From Umezakia ovalisporum Ak1311 (GTDB lineage Bacteria; Cyanobacteriota; Cyanobacteriia; Cyanobacteriales; Nostocaceae): DNA of 32,000 nt. The notes beneath the pieces were generated by a model, which was not told the DNA's origin, searched no databases, and was given only the letters and a program-made list of their open reading frames with translations. The stretch is taken from the NCBI RefSeq assembly GCF_029891685.1, contig NZ_JANQDJ010000081.1:1-32000 (forward strand), written 5' to 3'. Both the position numbers and the translations under genes were made by a program. Positions 31,560-32,000 of this stretch are shown here, in pieces (within the stretch, counting starts at the first letter, position 1; each line of letters starts with the position of its first letter).

Positions 31560-32000
31560 GTTTCCATTCAATTAATATCCCTAGGAAGTAGGAATTTACT
31601 CCTTACTCCTTACTTCTTACTTCTTACTCAGTCGGAAGTTTCCATTCAATTAATATCCCTAGCGAGTAGGGATTCATTCCGACATTTGTAGGGACGTATT
31701 GCAATACGTCCCTACACGAGTTTTCATTCAATTAATATCCCTAGCGAGTAGGGATAATATTAATTTCCCTACGTCCTTTACTGGAAATGTATAGTTTCCA
31801 TTCAATTAATATCCCTAGCGAGTAGGGATAATATTAATTTCCCTACGTCCTTTACTGGAAATGTATAGTTTCCATTCAATTAATATCCCTAGCGAGTAGG
31901 GATTGTTCGAGCAATTTCAGCCAACACTGGTATGCTACAGTTTCCATTCAATTAATATCCCTAGCGAGTAGGGATTTGACATCTACAAAAAGCTTGGTTT
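31560..32000 (-). CRISPR. CRISPR array of 36-nt repeats, continuing past the window edge
   Basis: Repeats lie at 31560, 31638, 31720, 31794, 31868 and 31940. The plus-strand consensus is GTTTCCATTCAATTAATATCCCTAGCGAGTAGGGAT. Spacers measure 42, 46, 38, 38 and 36 nt, plus a partial one. The strand is inferred from the degeneracy gradient (degenerate end on the left) and from the minus-strand repeat ending in ...AATGGAAAC. Confidence 0.9.

Overview
This window looks like chromosome from a filamentous, Nostocales-type cyanobacterium. Supporting signs are five HIP1 GCGATCGC palindromes, STRR-type heptamer repeats, GTAG...CTAC hairpins and the gene content. The left ~22 kb is the replication-origin neighbourhood. 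It holds dnaA, a dense TTTTCCACA DnaA-box cluster (likely oriC) and dnaN, with insertion sequences around them: an intact IS200/IS605-type tnpA, an IS701-like DDE element, and a tnpA remnant abutting that element. Housekeeping and envelope genes follow: ArsA/Get3-like ATPase, def, nitrilase-family hydrolase, LCP protein, AI-2E transporter, a lipoprotein serpin, a glycosyltransferase, a LuxR-type regulator, fructokinase and sfsA. A three-gene membrane module of unknown function (PGRxR/HMA2-like domains plus a DUF5132-like protein) also sits here. The right ~9 kb is a minus-strand type III-B (Cmr) operon in the order cas10/cmr2, cmr3, cmr4, cmr5, then a large Cmr6-Cmr1-like fusion. No cas6, cas1/cas2 or CARF/SAVED effector gene is visible. 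A CRISPR array with 36-nt repeats runs off the right edge. The most unusual structure is at the cas-proximal, degenerate end of that array. A 920-nt segment carrying a plus-strand gene for a 216-aa zinc-ribbon/transmembrane protein sits between progressively degenerate repeats, and the neighbouring 'spacers' are tandem repeats, a perfect palindrome and a duplicated unit. All homology calls come from motif recognition by eye and were not checked against any database.
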